Assembly (NCBI RefSeq): GCF_018977255.1
Contig: NW_024704743.1
Location: forward strand, 61,382,001-61,446,000
Direction of reading: 5' to 3'
Origin: Callorhinchus milii
Taxonomy: Eukaryota
DNA: 64,000 nucleotides
Positions within the stretch are counted from its first letter, which is position 1; each line of letters starts with the position of its first letter. The notes beneath the pieces are model-generated. The model saw only the letters and a program-made list of their open reading frames with translations. It was not told the origin of the DNA and searched no databases. Position numbers and translations under genes: made by a program. This document shows positions 51,285-64,000 of this stretch, piece by piece.

Positions 51285-51670
51285 CTCCCCACTGGCATCT
51301 ATCTCTCTGCTCCAGGCCTGACATCCTCTTACTGGGTGCATTTCCACAGATGCCAGTTGCCCTCCAATGCCCCACCCAAATTGCCACTGTTCATGTGAGA
51401 GCATTGAGCGTTAGCAGGGCATTCAACTGTAAAGTGTGTCATCACAGCCAACCTGACTTCTCCACACCCGATTAGTGCACACACACACTACCAGTAGCAG
51501 GGGCTGTAGAGGGACCAAGAGGAGAAATCCTGACTGGTTTCCCCTTCCTAAGACGATGAAGGATGGGGCCAATTTCATTGTGTTTGAGACCAGCAAACTG
51601 CACAGATTGGGATTCCATTCAGTGAGCAGCTGGTCTGTAAAATACAGCTATATGTACTGCACCAATGGGC
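51285..51670 (-). mobile_element. Ancient AmnSINE2-like SINE relic; related copies at about 3225-3410(+), 27570-27710(+), 29820-29920(-), 29990-30290(+)
   Basis: The copies resemble each other and the recalled AmnSINE2 motifs (ggtctgtgctgagttggctga, caggctcggctgtgatgc, tgtcaaggctcaca..aagaatggcc, tggaactgtacc). Confidence 0.55.
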
Positions 51671-52130
51671 TGTCTGGAGTGGAAGCTTAAAAAGGTGCAC
51701 TATTATTGCTAATTAAATGTCTTAACATTCTTCACAATGATTACTATCCCATTCAGTCGTTGTTTTTTGTAGGCAAATACAGTAGCTATTTTGCACACTG
51801 CAAAATCCAATAACCAGCCATGAGGTAAATAACTAATGAATCTGGAGGATTATTGTCCAGACCAAATTCCCTTATTATTTCAAACAGTGCTTCCTACCCC
51901 TCAAAGGGCAGACAGCACCTCATTTTAACAGCTCATATCAAATACTGCAGTTTTGACAATTTTTTGACAGCATTTCATGAGGACAGCACTGGAGCCGAGA
52001 CTGTGAGCTCAAGGTCTAACATAGGGCTTCAATCCACAACCTTCTAACTCCTGGGCAAAAGTCCTACCAACTGAGCCAAATTGACACTTACTAAGAAATG
52101 AAAGAAACATAGTTAAAGCTGACACTTCAT

Positions 52131-52463
52131 GCCCTGGCACCTCCCTAACTCTCCGACCTGCTTAACCCCCAACCCACTACCCGCTGCCTCCATTTGACTG
52201 GCTCCAGCCTCCTGCATATCCCTCGTGCCCTCCGTTCCACCATTGGTGGCCGCACTTTCAGCCACTATACCCTGAAACTCTTTCTCTATCCCTCTGCCTT
52301 GTCTCTTCCTTCACCATCTTCAGGTTGCACCTGAAGACCTTTCTCTTCCACCGTGTCTACGGTCACCTCCACCTCCCCGGACTTGGCGTCGTGCTCCGCC
52401 ACTATCAAGCGCTCTGGGACACTACCCTATGTGAGGGGCGCTATATAAATGTATGTTGTTGTT
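52131..52463 (+). mobile_element. L2 LINE 3' end
   Basis: Reverse complement resembles 7850-8200; ends ...ggggcgctatataaatgtat(GTT)n. Confidence 0.8.
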
Positions 52464-55139
52464 GCTGTATCTGCTTTAGGCAACTCTGAGGCATTTGGTA
52501 GAACAAAAGTCGTTTGATGTTATTTCAGACTTTCTGTAAGAATTAAAAAACCTTTACAAACCAGATGGTCATTGAGATGCTGTTACCAGATCCCCCACGG
52601 AAACTATCTACTCCAATCCTATTTCCCTGCAATTTCCCCATGCTATTTAATATTATTTTTACTCAAGCATTTATATGATTCATTTGTAAATGCTCTTACG
52701 GTCTCACCTTATTATTGTTATTATTATTATATCTTCACCAGGCTTTCAAGACGAGGTATTTCCCATTCCACCAATCCTCTGTGTCAATATTTCTAATCTC
52801 CCCTTTAACTTCTGGTGATAATCAACAGTTTATCCTCTCTTGTTACTGACTTGGCCATCGGTGGAAATATTCTTACTCTGTTTATCCTGTTTTGTTGTAT
52901 TACAATCCAATAATGTGAATCTGGGGCGAGTTTTCACTTGTGACTGTTCTAATAACATGTTCTTGAGAAACTTCCTATACAGTTGTAAAATTAATCGTGA
53001 AATCTTAGTCATAAGGAGCTGCCATGATCTACTAAAACAGCAGAGTAGGTTTGACAAGTATACTCCTTCTCTTAGCTTCCTGTGAAAATTTGAACATCAG
53101 GATGATGCCATTTACAGTGCTTCAGCTGAAACTTCAGTATCTATTTTGATAAAAGTGGTTTTGTTGTCATGAGCGACTTTGAGTGGGAAATCCTGTGCTC
53201 CCTTGTTCTTTCCAGCTCTAACAGTTGTCTTTATGTGATTGGATATTTGTCCCCAGGGTAAGTAGATTCTGACTGTGATAATACTTGTGCCAAGTGCTGG
53301 CAGGGCTCAATCTGCCTGTTTGAACATGCTAACTGACTTGGATGTTTACAACGTGATCTTTCCTATTATCACTTTCCCAGTGCAATTTGGATAAAAACAA
53401 AATTGATTGCTGCTAGATCATTAATGGTCACCATTGACTCTGAGTATTAAACACATTTCTGATCACCGTTAAATGGAACACACTAATGTTTGATGGAAAA
53501 TTAGAAGACTGAAGTGTTTGTTCAAGATGTGGATCAGAAAACAGATCCACATGGGGAATCATTGACAGCACATGTTTTACTCTGTGGATATAGAACAATT
53601 GTGCAATTTCCTCTCATAGGAACAACCTGTTAGATTTTTCCTTGTGACTTCAAACTATATTCCAGTTTAAAATATCCACTCACAATGTACACACAGCCAT
53701 AGCTGTCAAATTTCCTTTCAGGCAGCTAATGCCAGGCTGCAGTTGTGACTGTGTCAATCAAAGATAAGAAATTTCACCCAGTCTTTTTAACAAGTGCGTA
53801 AAATGGACTTCCAAATTAAGGCTAAATTTAACAATTTTCCACAAAGCTGCGCAATCTTAAATTTTAAGACAAAATAGTCTTAAGGACACGCCTCAGTAGT
53901 TGGCAATTAGGCTTCAGCGCAATGTATAGAACTTATCTGCATTTATCAGTTTCTCTGCACTGAGTCTGTGTCATAACTAAAGTAAAGTTTTCAGCCCAAA
54001 CTGATCAAAATCATGAGCTGAGTTAGGTTGTCAATAGCACCACTGGCACAGACTCAGCAATTCCAGTTTTGAGATCAATGGATGGGAGACACATCAGGTC
54101 AATCCTACCCAAAGGTTGAGGACAACTCCAAATCTCCCAGTCTAATTACTAATGCACAGCAGCACAGTAAATGGCATTGCATCTTCACAACCCTGAACTG
54201 TGACCTCCTATCCTGCTCCCTTGGTGTTTTTGTATTGTTTTGGGTTTTATCTAAATGCACTGTTAAATTGACCCCACAATTTCCACGATAACATTCAAAG
54301 AAGGTATATGTCACAAAACAAAATATTTGAAGAAAAGCTGATATTGTTTTGATGCTTTTCCAGAAAATGGAAAATGTTTCCGTTCAATAAAATACATTTA
54401 AACTTTACTTGCATCTCCTCAAAAGAGTTCACAAGGGCCTCACAGTTAAATAAATTAATAAGATCAAAAGAGAGGTTCGGATGAGAGAAGGCACTGTGAC
54501 CATTTGATCGCTTCCTTCTAGAATACCCACCCTACTGTCCTCCCATTACAGATAACATCAAGCTTTTCCTTGGAGGAGTCAAAGTGTCCTGACCTCAACC
54601 GCCCTACCTTGTAATCAGTTCCAGGTGTTAATTTTGCTGTGTAAGAAAAATGCTTCTGAAAATTGCCCTTCACAACCATGAACCTGTCCCCTCTAAAGAA
54701 AGTCAGTTGACTTGGATCATGTCACGTAGGGGCAGAAGATTGATAGCCCACCTCTTCGACCTCATGAAGTTTATTTTAGGTGGATGTTTTGTTCACTGCC
54801 TTCCATTTTAAATACTTCAGGAACTGCTAAGCTTCCACTGAGAATATTGAGGCATTGAGGAAAATTCAAGAACAATGGTGCTCTCCACAGATGTCATCGT
54901 GCATATGTGTCAGAGATAAAATGCCAGATGACAGCTCATTTAAGCTCAGATTCGGGTTTTGAATATTTTCCCTGCACTAAAGAACTTTGATAATGGATTT
55001 GATCCCAGGATGCAAACTCTCTCAACTTGACGTCCAGTCTCAGGGAATAAAATGCTCAATTTAGTCTTTCATATTTCTTTTTCATTTTATGGAGAGAAAT
55101 TTCATCTTGGTCTAGAATTCTTCCAATTATATAGCGTTT

Positions 55140-55420
55140 AATAATAATAATCCTTGCATTTGATAAAGCACTTTTCATGCCTTCTCGATGTCTCAAAGTG
55201 CTTCACAGAATAGACTGTAAAGTGAATTGTGGGCGAAATGCGGCAGCCAATTGCACACAAACAATCATGGATTGAAATGACCAATTTATTATTGTTTTTT
55301 TTGAGCGATTATTATCAGGCATGTGGAGTAAGGAAACTTGCCCAAGGTTTCACCCTTCCGGGAATCTAAACCAGGTCTCTCGCTTGCAAAGCGAGTGCTC
55401 TAACTACTGAAATACAGGAC
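55140..55420 (-). mobile_element. Type A SINE
   Basis: Colinear with 45643-45960, with internal deletions. Confidence 0.88.
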
Positions 55421-57337
55421 AAGTACAACCTTAATTATGAAGTTGATTTTCTGTAAGTTCTTTTCCATTTGTATAGTGCGTGACTTGACTGTGAGTATAA
55501 TAACAATAATCTTTACATTCTACATATTGCTTCATCACATTGTTGAAACACCTCAAAGAAGTTCACAGGAGATACTGTAGAGCGCAGTGAGCATATTTTG
55601 TAGATGAAAGTGGCAGTCAATTTGTACCCAGAAACTTCATATAAACTTTTCATAAAGTGAATGATTAATTTTTATCTGAGGGGATTATTGGCTAGGACAC
55701 CAGGAGAAACTCCCTTTGTTTTTCAATGCATGTCATGGGATGTTTGATAAGTAGAAGGAATCTCCGTTTTCATATCTTATCTAAAAGGTGGCACCTCTGA
55801 TAATACGTGGCACTCCCAGCATTGTATTGGAATATCAGCCTAGACTATGAACTCAAAATTATCAACATGAACTTAAACATACAATCTCTGACTCAGAGGC
55901 AAGAGTGCCACCAACTGAACAAGGATTTCACCTGCTTGTTCACTAGACTCTGGATACCTCAGGCAGTTTTAAAACTAGACAGGACTAATAGATTCTAGGT
56001 TTAAATCCTGTTGCATCCATTCAACCCTTTCAAAGTTGATCAGATGAGTATCATGCCTAAATATGGTGGGTCTACTCTAGGCTGAAGGTCTTCAATGTCC
56101 CAAGGCATTGTTAATGGTTGACTAGTATATCTAGCTCATCAGTGAGACATGTCCTCAGCTCAGCAAGCTAAATCTTATTGTGGTCCTATCTGGTATGTGC
56201 TGCACAAATACTTATTTGTTAAAATCTGATCAAATCTTACCATATGGTTTAAGAGATGGAGGTCACACAGCTTTTAATATCCTGATATACTGAATAGGTA
56301 GGCAGTAACAAATGGAGCTGAACCAAGGTGAGGTGATCCAAGATAGTAGACTTCATGAAAACTAGGTTTGAGTCATGATATAAACTTGAGGCAAACCTTT
56401 TTATAATCCTTTGAGGACTGAAAAGCTTTTTATGTTGCTGAGAACTGAACATGATTCCCATCGCATCCATCCCTTAAAATGTTCCAACTGCTAAAACATA
56501 CCTGAATATTAATGTACCCGAAATACAGCAAGGATTGAACAGCAAGTCCAGCACAGCATTCAGCTTTTGTTCTACTGCTCAGTACAGCAGTACAAAATCA
56601 GCCTAGTTATGAACTGAGCTCCCACAGGAACAGGAGGAGGCTGTTCGGCCTGTTGAGTCTCTATCTCCATTTCACTAGATTGTCTTTTATCTCATCTGCC
56701 AGTCTCTTCTCCAAGTGACTGTTGCAATGTTGAATTTCCTAATTACGAAATGCAGCCATAGATGAATCAGACTCAAAAATTCCACACCAAGTTCATCTAT
56801 TTTCGAAGTGGTGTTTCCTTGAGTCAATATAACAGCATGACATACTAGATGTTAGCTGAAGAAGTTCCTTTTTGTTTCTTACTTGAGAAATACCGCATAA
56901 TTCACCTCATATGCTTAATCCCCTCACTTCCCAAGTATTCATCTATTTCCCTTTGATCCTCTTATCCTGTAGCTGTGGAGTCCTAGCAGTAAGTAGGAAC
57001 CCGGTTGTTAGTAGTTTGGTGGATCACTTTTACGGAGGTAATAATTCCTTCCAATAAATAAATAATAATTTGGTCACTCAATCCACGACTGTTTGTGGGA
57101 CACTGCTGTGTGGCTGTTGTGTTTCACCCACAAAATATAGTCAATTCATTTTATAGTATATTCTGTGAAGCGTTTTGCGATGTCTTGAAGATGTGATAAG
57201 ATGCTATATCAAACGCAAGGATTTTTATTATTATTATTATCATGTCATGGCAACAGAACTGTACGCAAGACTCCAGGTGCAGCCAGACCAGAGTGAGGAA
57301 CATGACACCAGGTAGAGGCAAACAATGGCCATCTATT

Positions 57338-57905
57338 AGGAACATAGGAACATGAGTAGGCAATTCAGCCCTTCGAACCTGTTCCGCCATTTATTTAGAT
57401 CATGACTGATCTGTACCTCAACTAATCCTTTCAATTTCAAGCTTTCTCCCCATATCCCTTAATACCCTGACTTACCAAAAATCTATCTACCTCACTCTTG
57501 AAGGTGTGGATGGATTCAGCATCCACGGCCTTTTGAGGGAGAGAATTCCACCTTTTGAGTGAAAAAATGCTTCCTGATTTCATTCTTAAATAGCCTGGTT
57601 CTAATTTTAAGACTATGCCCCTTGTTTTGGATTCCCCACCAAAGGAAATAGCTTCTCTGTATCTACCCTATCAAATCCCTTTATCATCTTAAATACCTCA
57701 ATCAAATCGCCCCTCAACCTTCTAAACTCAAGGAAATACAATCCAAGTATTCGCAGCCTTTCCTCATAACTTAACCCTTTTAGGCCTGGTAACATTCTGT
57801 GGACCTGCGCTGCACCCCCTCCAGGGCCAATATATCTTTCCTGAGGGGTGGTGCCCAAAACTGAACGCAGTCTCCAGATGGGGTCTGACTAACTCTCTAT
57901 ACAGC
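57338..57905 (-). mobile_element. CR1-clade LINE 3' fragment
   Basis: LSYEERLRILGL..LEFRRLRGDLIEVFKMIKGFDRVD. (AGGAACAT)n terminus. Confidence 0.88.
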
Positions 57906-58409
57906 TGAAGCATCATTTGTTTCTTTATTTCAAACTGTCAGTGTGATTCCTCTGCTAAATACCTATTTTCATATGTTGAGGTGTCTAGGTAGGAAATCAA
58001 TTATCAAACCACCATGTGTGCAATATGCAACAGATCCATATTGACACTGCTGCAGGTGTGAAGTATGCAACCAGTTCTTAATGTTAGCTTCAACCTGCAT
58101 TAGGAACGCTACAAAGATTGTTGTGATTGATTACAGCCTCCTATTTTGTGGATGTACAGTATCTCTCTATCACACCTTACAAGCAAAATAACCTCTCTGA
58201 GGGTTATGGAGAAACATTTACAGCTCGAATTCCTTTAGTCATTGCTCACTAACCACAACAAACAATATGCGATAGATAATTTCAGAAGGAGTGTGTTTCA
58301 GCAGTTAGTTTTAGAATCACCGCTTTTTATTATGGTCAGTTTTTCAATGTAAAGCCACTTGTGTCACATGTCAGCCTGGCTCAGTTGGTAGTAATGGGGA
58401 CAAATGTGA

Positions 58410-58940
58410 CAATGCAGACAAATGTGAGATGATAGATTTTATGAGGAAGAATGAGCATACATACATTGTGTGAAAATGTATTAAAAGGAACGGAAGAGCA
58501 AGGAATCTTGGGGATTAATGCACATAAATCCTTAAAGGTTGGAAGGCAGGTGGACAAAGCTGTCAAAAAGCTAATGGAAGCTTAGTTTTTTAAATAGTGG
58601 TATAGAATATAAAAGCAAAGAGGTAACGCTAAACTTATATAAATCGTTAAGTTAGATCACAGTTGGAATATTGTGTCCAGTATTGGTGACCCCACTTTGG
58701 GTGATACCAGAGATGAGTGGTTTGGCCTATGAGTGGAGACTGGGCCTTTATCTGTTGGAACAAAGAAAGTTGACGGTGACCTGATCGAGGCCTTTAAAGT
58801 TATTAGGCATTTGATAGAGTTAATAAAGAGAAACGATTTCCACTGTTTGGTGAGTCGGTAACTCGAAGGCATCAATTTAAGATAGTTAGTAAATGAGCAA
58901 ATGAGGAGCATAGGAGAATGTTTCCTTTGGAGGAGATGTT
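58410..58940 (+). mobile_element. Decayed CR1 fragment
   Basis: Similar to 49330-49900 (ggtggacaaagctgt, ggtatagaatataaaagc, ggtgacctgatcgagg). Confidence 0.75.
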
Positions 58941-61900
58941 AAAATGAGACTGTTCGAATGAATTTCAAAGACCTCACAACACTACTCAAAAAGAGAAGTG
59001 AGTTTCTCAGAGCGTCCTGGCCAACAATCCCCAGTTGGTATAATTGGTCATTCATTTGATGGCTGCTGTGAGATATTGCTGCGCCCAAATTGGCTGCAAC
59101 CTACGTTCATGTACAATTACACAGTCATTATCTTTCACAGTCAAATCCTGTGAAACTCCTTGAGGTATTTTGTGGACAGTAAAGCACAGAAGGATTATTA
59201 TGAAGACCTATGAGCACATTAACTTTTTGAGACTGACTGGATCATCAAACTGAGCTGCAACATTTGCAAGGCGAGAAATTTCACTTAGTCTCATTAAGAC
59301 TGAGTTTATCATTTCTTGATTTCTCCACAATTGTCAGTGACCTGTGAGGCACACTCCACTATATTTTATTGGTTCAACAAGTAGAAGATTATCATTCAGA
59401 TTACAGTCACCAAGGGATTACAGTTGTTTCTGTGCAAGTGTTTCAGATTTCAGCTCATTCCATTCAGTTCAAAACAACGCATTTGTTGACTGCGCAAACA
59501 CCCATTTTGCACAGGGAATGGCGTGCTAGGGATCTGTCAAAATAAAACCTCAGCTAATTCACAGAGCAGCAAATAATGGATTTGCTGAGCTATTCAGCTG
59601 AAGCTGATATAATCAGATCACAGATTGCCTGTGGTTTGTCCTGCTTCTGTCCTCCTCAGTTTTCAGCAATGCTGTGATCTTGGGTTATTAAAGGGAAATC
59701 GACCAGAAGTAAGTGTTAAAGGTCTGTTTGTACACAGTGACATGTAAACATTGAATTAAAATGATCAGCAGCTAAGTTTCTCCAGTTCAGGTACAGCTTC
59801 ATCAATGCCTTTCTAACAAATATCAATTAATTCAGCACCATTGTCAATCTGCATAGAACAGGCTATGGTTCATCTGGCACCATAGACACAAAAATCATCT
59901 CCAGAAAGAAGTGCAAAAATCTGTTGTTCAAATTCCAGTGGTGCCCTGTTATAATTTCATGGTTGTGATTCCATAAAATCAAAGGCGGTGCTATAACAAC
60001 ACAGTAGCTAGTCAATGCTTCCGTATTCACTGCGCATGCGATCAAAAAGACAAAAATCAGCCCAGCACTTGGGGGAGGCAAAATGGATCGGGTCAGTGGA
60101 TTGCTGCTGATGCCAATTCCTGCGTGATGCACAGAAATTACATCAGTGGTGACCTAATGATAACAATGATTCTAATTCTTAAATACAATCTTTGATTAAA
60201 TTCAAGTCTAATTTAAGTTAAATTTAAGTCTAATTCTTAAATACAGTCTTTAAGCACTCCGAGACATTATTCTGTGTGCAGGTCACTATACAGTATAAAT
60301 GCAAGTTGTTGTTAATTTTTATGTAGGTTTTCTGTAAATATTTTTAGCTTTAAACAGCTTCAAGCTGAATCCAACAATTTCCCAAATTTTGCACATTGTG
60401 AAATATTAAGTTAATAGAATAAATTTAGACCAGGTGGAATTCCTGTAAATCATGTTTTAAACCCTCATCTCATACCCATCAGTCAACTTCGTTTCCAAAT
60501 AGATGTCTAATTCCCTCTTGAATTTGCTGAGACAATCTGCGTCCACTACCTCGCTGAGTAGTTCATTTTACATATTCACCACTTTCCGCACAAAGGAATT
60601 CAATTTGAACTATCTGTTCACCTTCCCTATTCTGAGCTTCAGTCTGTGATGTCAGGCACAGGCAGTGTGGTGACATTTTTATGACATAAATGACATTGGT
60701 TTGAGCATTTATAAAATGATGAGAAAGGCTTTGCCAATAACAGGCAAGTTGCTGCAAGTGCAGTTGAATAGAACAATAAACTCACTGGAAAAAGGTAAAT
60801 TAATCCATTTGAGCATTGCCCTGTGTATTACAGCAGAATCTCTTGCTATCACAGTGGTTTTCAATAAAAATAATGGTGCGCGGCAATAAGAGACTTCATC
60901 AACAAGCCTGCCCTTGCAGGCATAATAAATAAAATCAAGCAGATAAACAGATATTAAATATTAAATTGGCATTTGTACTGGAAATTATTTTTTTTCCATG
61001 CAAGAGAATTTTCTGGGTTGATCAGAACTGTGTAAACATTGCCTCCCTATCTGTGCACATCAACCCATTTATTTTTTCAGCATCCCTGGGAAATGGTAAG
61101 ATAGAACTTTAAAGCACAGAGGAGGAGAAATACAACCAGGGTATAGATTTATTCTAATTCCTTAGCATGCAGAATTTGGCAAAGTCAAAACTGATACCTT
61201 CTGTGGCTTCAAAGTTAAAACTGTATTTAAGAATATACCAAATTTTGCATTCTTTGAAATGCTAATGAAATAGAGTAAATCTAGACTCAGGTGGAATTTC
61301 CCTCCCAGAGAATACTCCTACCTAATGATGTCTTTTCCTATTATTCTTCATCCATATTCTACAAGTGTTTTACACAGCAAATGTGTTGCCACATTGACTC
61401 TGAGTTCTAACATTGTTTCCCAATTGACGAAGCATTTATCCTCAAGTTATCATTTAAAGGTGGATGTTAAAGATCCCATGGCACTATTCAAAAGGAGAAG
61501 GGAGATTCTCCTGATGTCCTGGCTAACAATCCTCCAAATAAAATTGGTCAATCAAGTCATGGCTGTTTGTAGGACGTTGCTTGGGCAGTATGAATTGGTT
61601 GCCATGTTTGCCTACAAAATGCACAGTCATTCCACTTCACGGTAAAATCCTGTGAAGCACTTTGAGACGTCTCGATGACGTGATATCAAATGCAAGGATT
61701 ATTATTATCATTGTTATTAAAGGGTCACCTAGTTTATAACTAACACTTTGCAAATAGCATTTTTACATTTCTAATTTTAGACTTAAGAAATATGGAGCAA
61801 GAAAAGGTCATTTGGTTCTTCAAACCAATTCCTTCAAGAGAGTCTGCACAATTTGCAAGCAATGGCATTGAGCCAATTTATTTAACCCTTAATTGCTGTT

Positions 61901-62324
61901 CTTGGATGCTGGGGATTCATCTGGTTACATCCAGGGTGTTGCCATGTCAGTCATCACAGTTCGGTGGGGGTTCATGCCCTGCAAATCCATCCTTAGAACT
62001 GTTTTTCAGCCGACTTAAAGAAAATGCAAAAATTTGCTCCTTGCCCAGAATAGATGGTGGGAATTGAGAGACAGAAACAAAAAAGGGAATGGGTTCAAAA
62101 AGCTTGAAATAATTAGGAAGAAATGGTTAGAACAGATATAGAATACATAGAAAATACTATTAATAATAATCCTTGCATTTGATAAAGCGCCATATATCAT
62201 TGAGATGTGACAGAATGCCTCACAGAATAAAACTGAAGTCAGAATTCATAACGATAATAATAATCATTGCATCTTATTATTTATTAAACATCTATTTATT
62301 CGATTGGCAGATTGCTTTTCTGGG

Positions 62325-62392
62325 ATAATAATAATAATAATATAATATTATTATTATTATTATATTATTATTATTATTATTATATATAATAA
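62325..62392. repeat. (AAT)n/(ATT)n AT-rich microsatellite
   Basis: Seen directly. Confidence 0.9.
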
Positions 62393-63276
62393 CCCCTTTT
62401 AAAAAAATAATAATTTGGTCACTCAATCCACGACTGTTTTTGGGACACTGCTGTGCTGCCTTTCGCCCACAAATATACAGTCAATTCACTTTACAGTATA
62501 TTCTGTGATGCGCTTTGAGACATCTTGACAACGTGATAAGGCATCAACTGCATGGATTATTTTTATTTATTATTATTTAATAGTGGCTTTCACACCAGGA
62601 AGACACCCAAAACACATCACGAGATATATTGTGTAGTGGAGTAACTGTTTTGTGGGCCAGGAGATCTTTAATGTCTATCTGAACAAGCAAACTGGGCCTC
62701 TATTTAACATCTCAATTGAAGAAAGGATGAATTCAAAAGAAAAGAATGGAAGAAAAAATTGGATAGCAGGGTGTGCCCAGAAAGTTTTTAAACTGTTTAA
62801 TTCAAGTTGTGTTACTCTTATTTATTTTAATAGCTTAATATTAGAAATAAGCAACCCTTATTTTTAAGTAGTTTTATTCATGTTTTGCAGCATTTTAATG
62901 CAAATTGAAAATATGCAGAATGGGTCAACCCACAGAGACTAGTGTTTTTATGGTGGAAATATCAGGTTATTATTATTGACTCTGAATTGCAGCAATATCT
63001 AGCAGCTAGCAATTACTTCTGTCTGTCACACTAGCCTGTGGGAATTCTGTTCCAGAAGCAAGTTACAAGTTGATGCATTTCCAGTTACTGGGAGAAGCCA
63101 CTATCTTGTTACAAATACCACATTCTTAAGACATCATGGAGCAGGTCAGATGAAGTACGTCTGGTTACCAGAAGGGGTCCTCATTTGTGAGACTCTGGTA
63201 CTTTATTAAGGAATTCCATTAATAAATATGACACAGTATGAACCAATATTTACATGACTAATTAAAGGCAACGTAC

Positions 63277-63447
63277 CTCTGAAAAGCGCTGGACATCCTG
63301 GGTTAGGGTCCCCGCCCTACGCCATTGAAAGCTTTTCAGGAACTTGACAACCGCAGGATTGACAGCATTATCTGACGGCACAGTCCGGAAGAAATAAGGA
63401 TATTTTTTCTTATCAGCAAGGACGGGTGTGGTGGCAGCGAAGGAAAG
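63277..63447 (-). CDS. GABBR2: GABA-B receptor subunit 2(-like) coding exon, equivalent to human exon 3 (171 nt): [57 protein letters not shown]
   Basis: Manual translation of the minus strand is near-identical to the recalled GABBR2 segment [32 protein letters not shown]...[12 protein letters not shown]. Acceptor ttacag|CTT, donor GAG|gtacgt, phase 0/0. Missed by the ORF track. Confidence 0.95.
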
Positions 63448-64000
63448 CTGTAAGAAATATTACAACGCTGTCAGTCACACAATAAGATCTGTTCCTCACG
63501 CTGTCCAAACATGCTCAGAATGTAATTGCCAGTAATGGTATGATCAGAACCGTCCAAGTAAGTCCAATAAAACATTTATTACATGTGTGGCATCCTCACA
63601 GTGGAAAAGTGTCAAAAGTGGACTTGGCTCTTGGCTCTTAATTTCTTCTGTTGCTAAACAATTCTAAATGTGGTGAAACCGTATCCGATTATACAATGCA
63701 TCATTTTAAAAAAAACTGCAAAAATCTCCAAGGATTTGACAATTTTTATGATAGGTTTCAAAGAGCTGTGCTCCTGTAACTGATCAGAAGAGATCAGGTA
63801 AGGTCAGGTCCATATTATTGATGCATACCACACAGTACAAGAGCAAGGGAAAAGATATATAACATTGTATAACGATATTGATGGGAATGAAACGTATCCA
63901 AATTTATTTTTCAATGTTTGTAGTAAATTAGTAGCTGCTCTGAAACTACGTTGGGTACTGACTGACATAGTAAAATGCCATCTGGGCACACTCAATGCAA

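Noticed and set aside
59831..59851. REST/RE1 site (TTCAGCACCA)
   Set aside because: Only the left half-site is present; there is no GGACAG right half at a usable spacing.
62325..62392. AT-rich palindrome as a functional hairpin
   Set aside because: It is explained by adjacent (AAT)n/(ATT)n microsatellites next to a SINE.
1187..63995. Remaining short ORFs (60-220 aa) as novel or nested genes
   Set aside because: They are alternative or antisense frames of LINEs and SINEs, or chance ORFs with no recognisable domain or exon structure.

Overview
Repeat-rich vertebrate intronic DNA. The repeat content points to a cartilaginous fish, probably a chimaera/holocephalan (inferred from Deu-type tRNA SINEs, CR1 and L2 LINEs and a shark-type palindromic repeat). 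The whole window lies inside one minus-strand gene, a GABA-B receptor subunit 2 (GABBR2 or a GABBR2-like paralogue). Five phase-0 coding exons of the Venus-flytrap domain are present, equivalent to human exons 3-7: 63277-63447, 31356-31457, 27020-27085, 21424-21612 and 19428-19664, all with AG/GT boundaries. The rest is intron, filled with decayed L2 and CR1 LINE fragments, two head-types of Deu-domain SINE, older AmnSINE2-like and LF-SINE-like relics and a few DNA-transposon relics. Most notable observations: (i) two copies of a fold-back repeat carrying a minimal Penelope-type hammerhead ribozyme motif, one a discrete insertion with a 12-bp TSD and one in the sense strand of the pre-mRNA about 180 nt after a splice donor with an 18-bp stem I; (ii) a SINE whose middle is replaced by a 139/140-identical inverted copy of nearby intron, plus other template-switch hairpins; (iii) tandem amplifications of SINE Pol III A-boxes; (iv) an intact hAT MITE; (v) a reconstituted 5' splice site at the exon 3/4 junction. 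Repeat boundaries are approximate unless TSDs or TIRs are cited. Family names come from recalled consensus sequences, not database searches.
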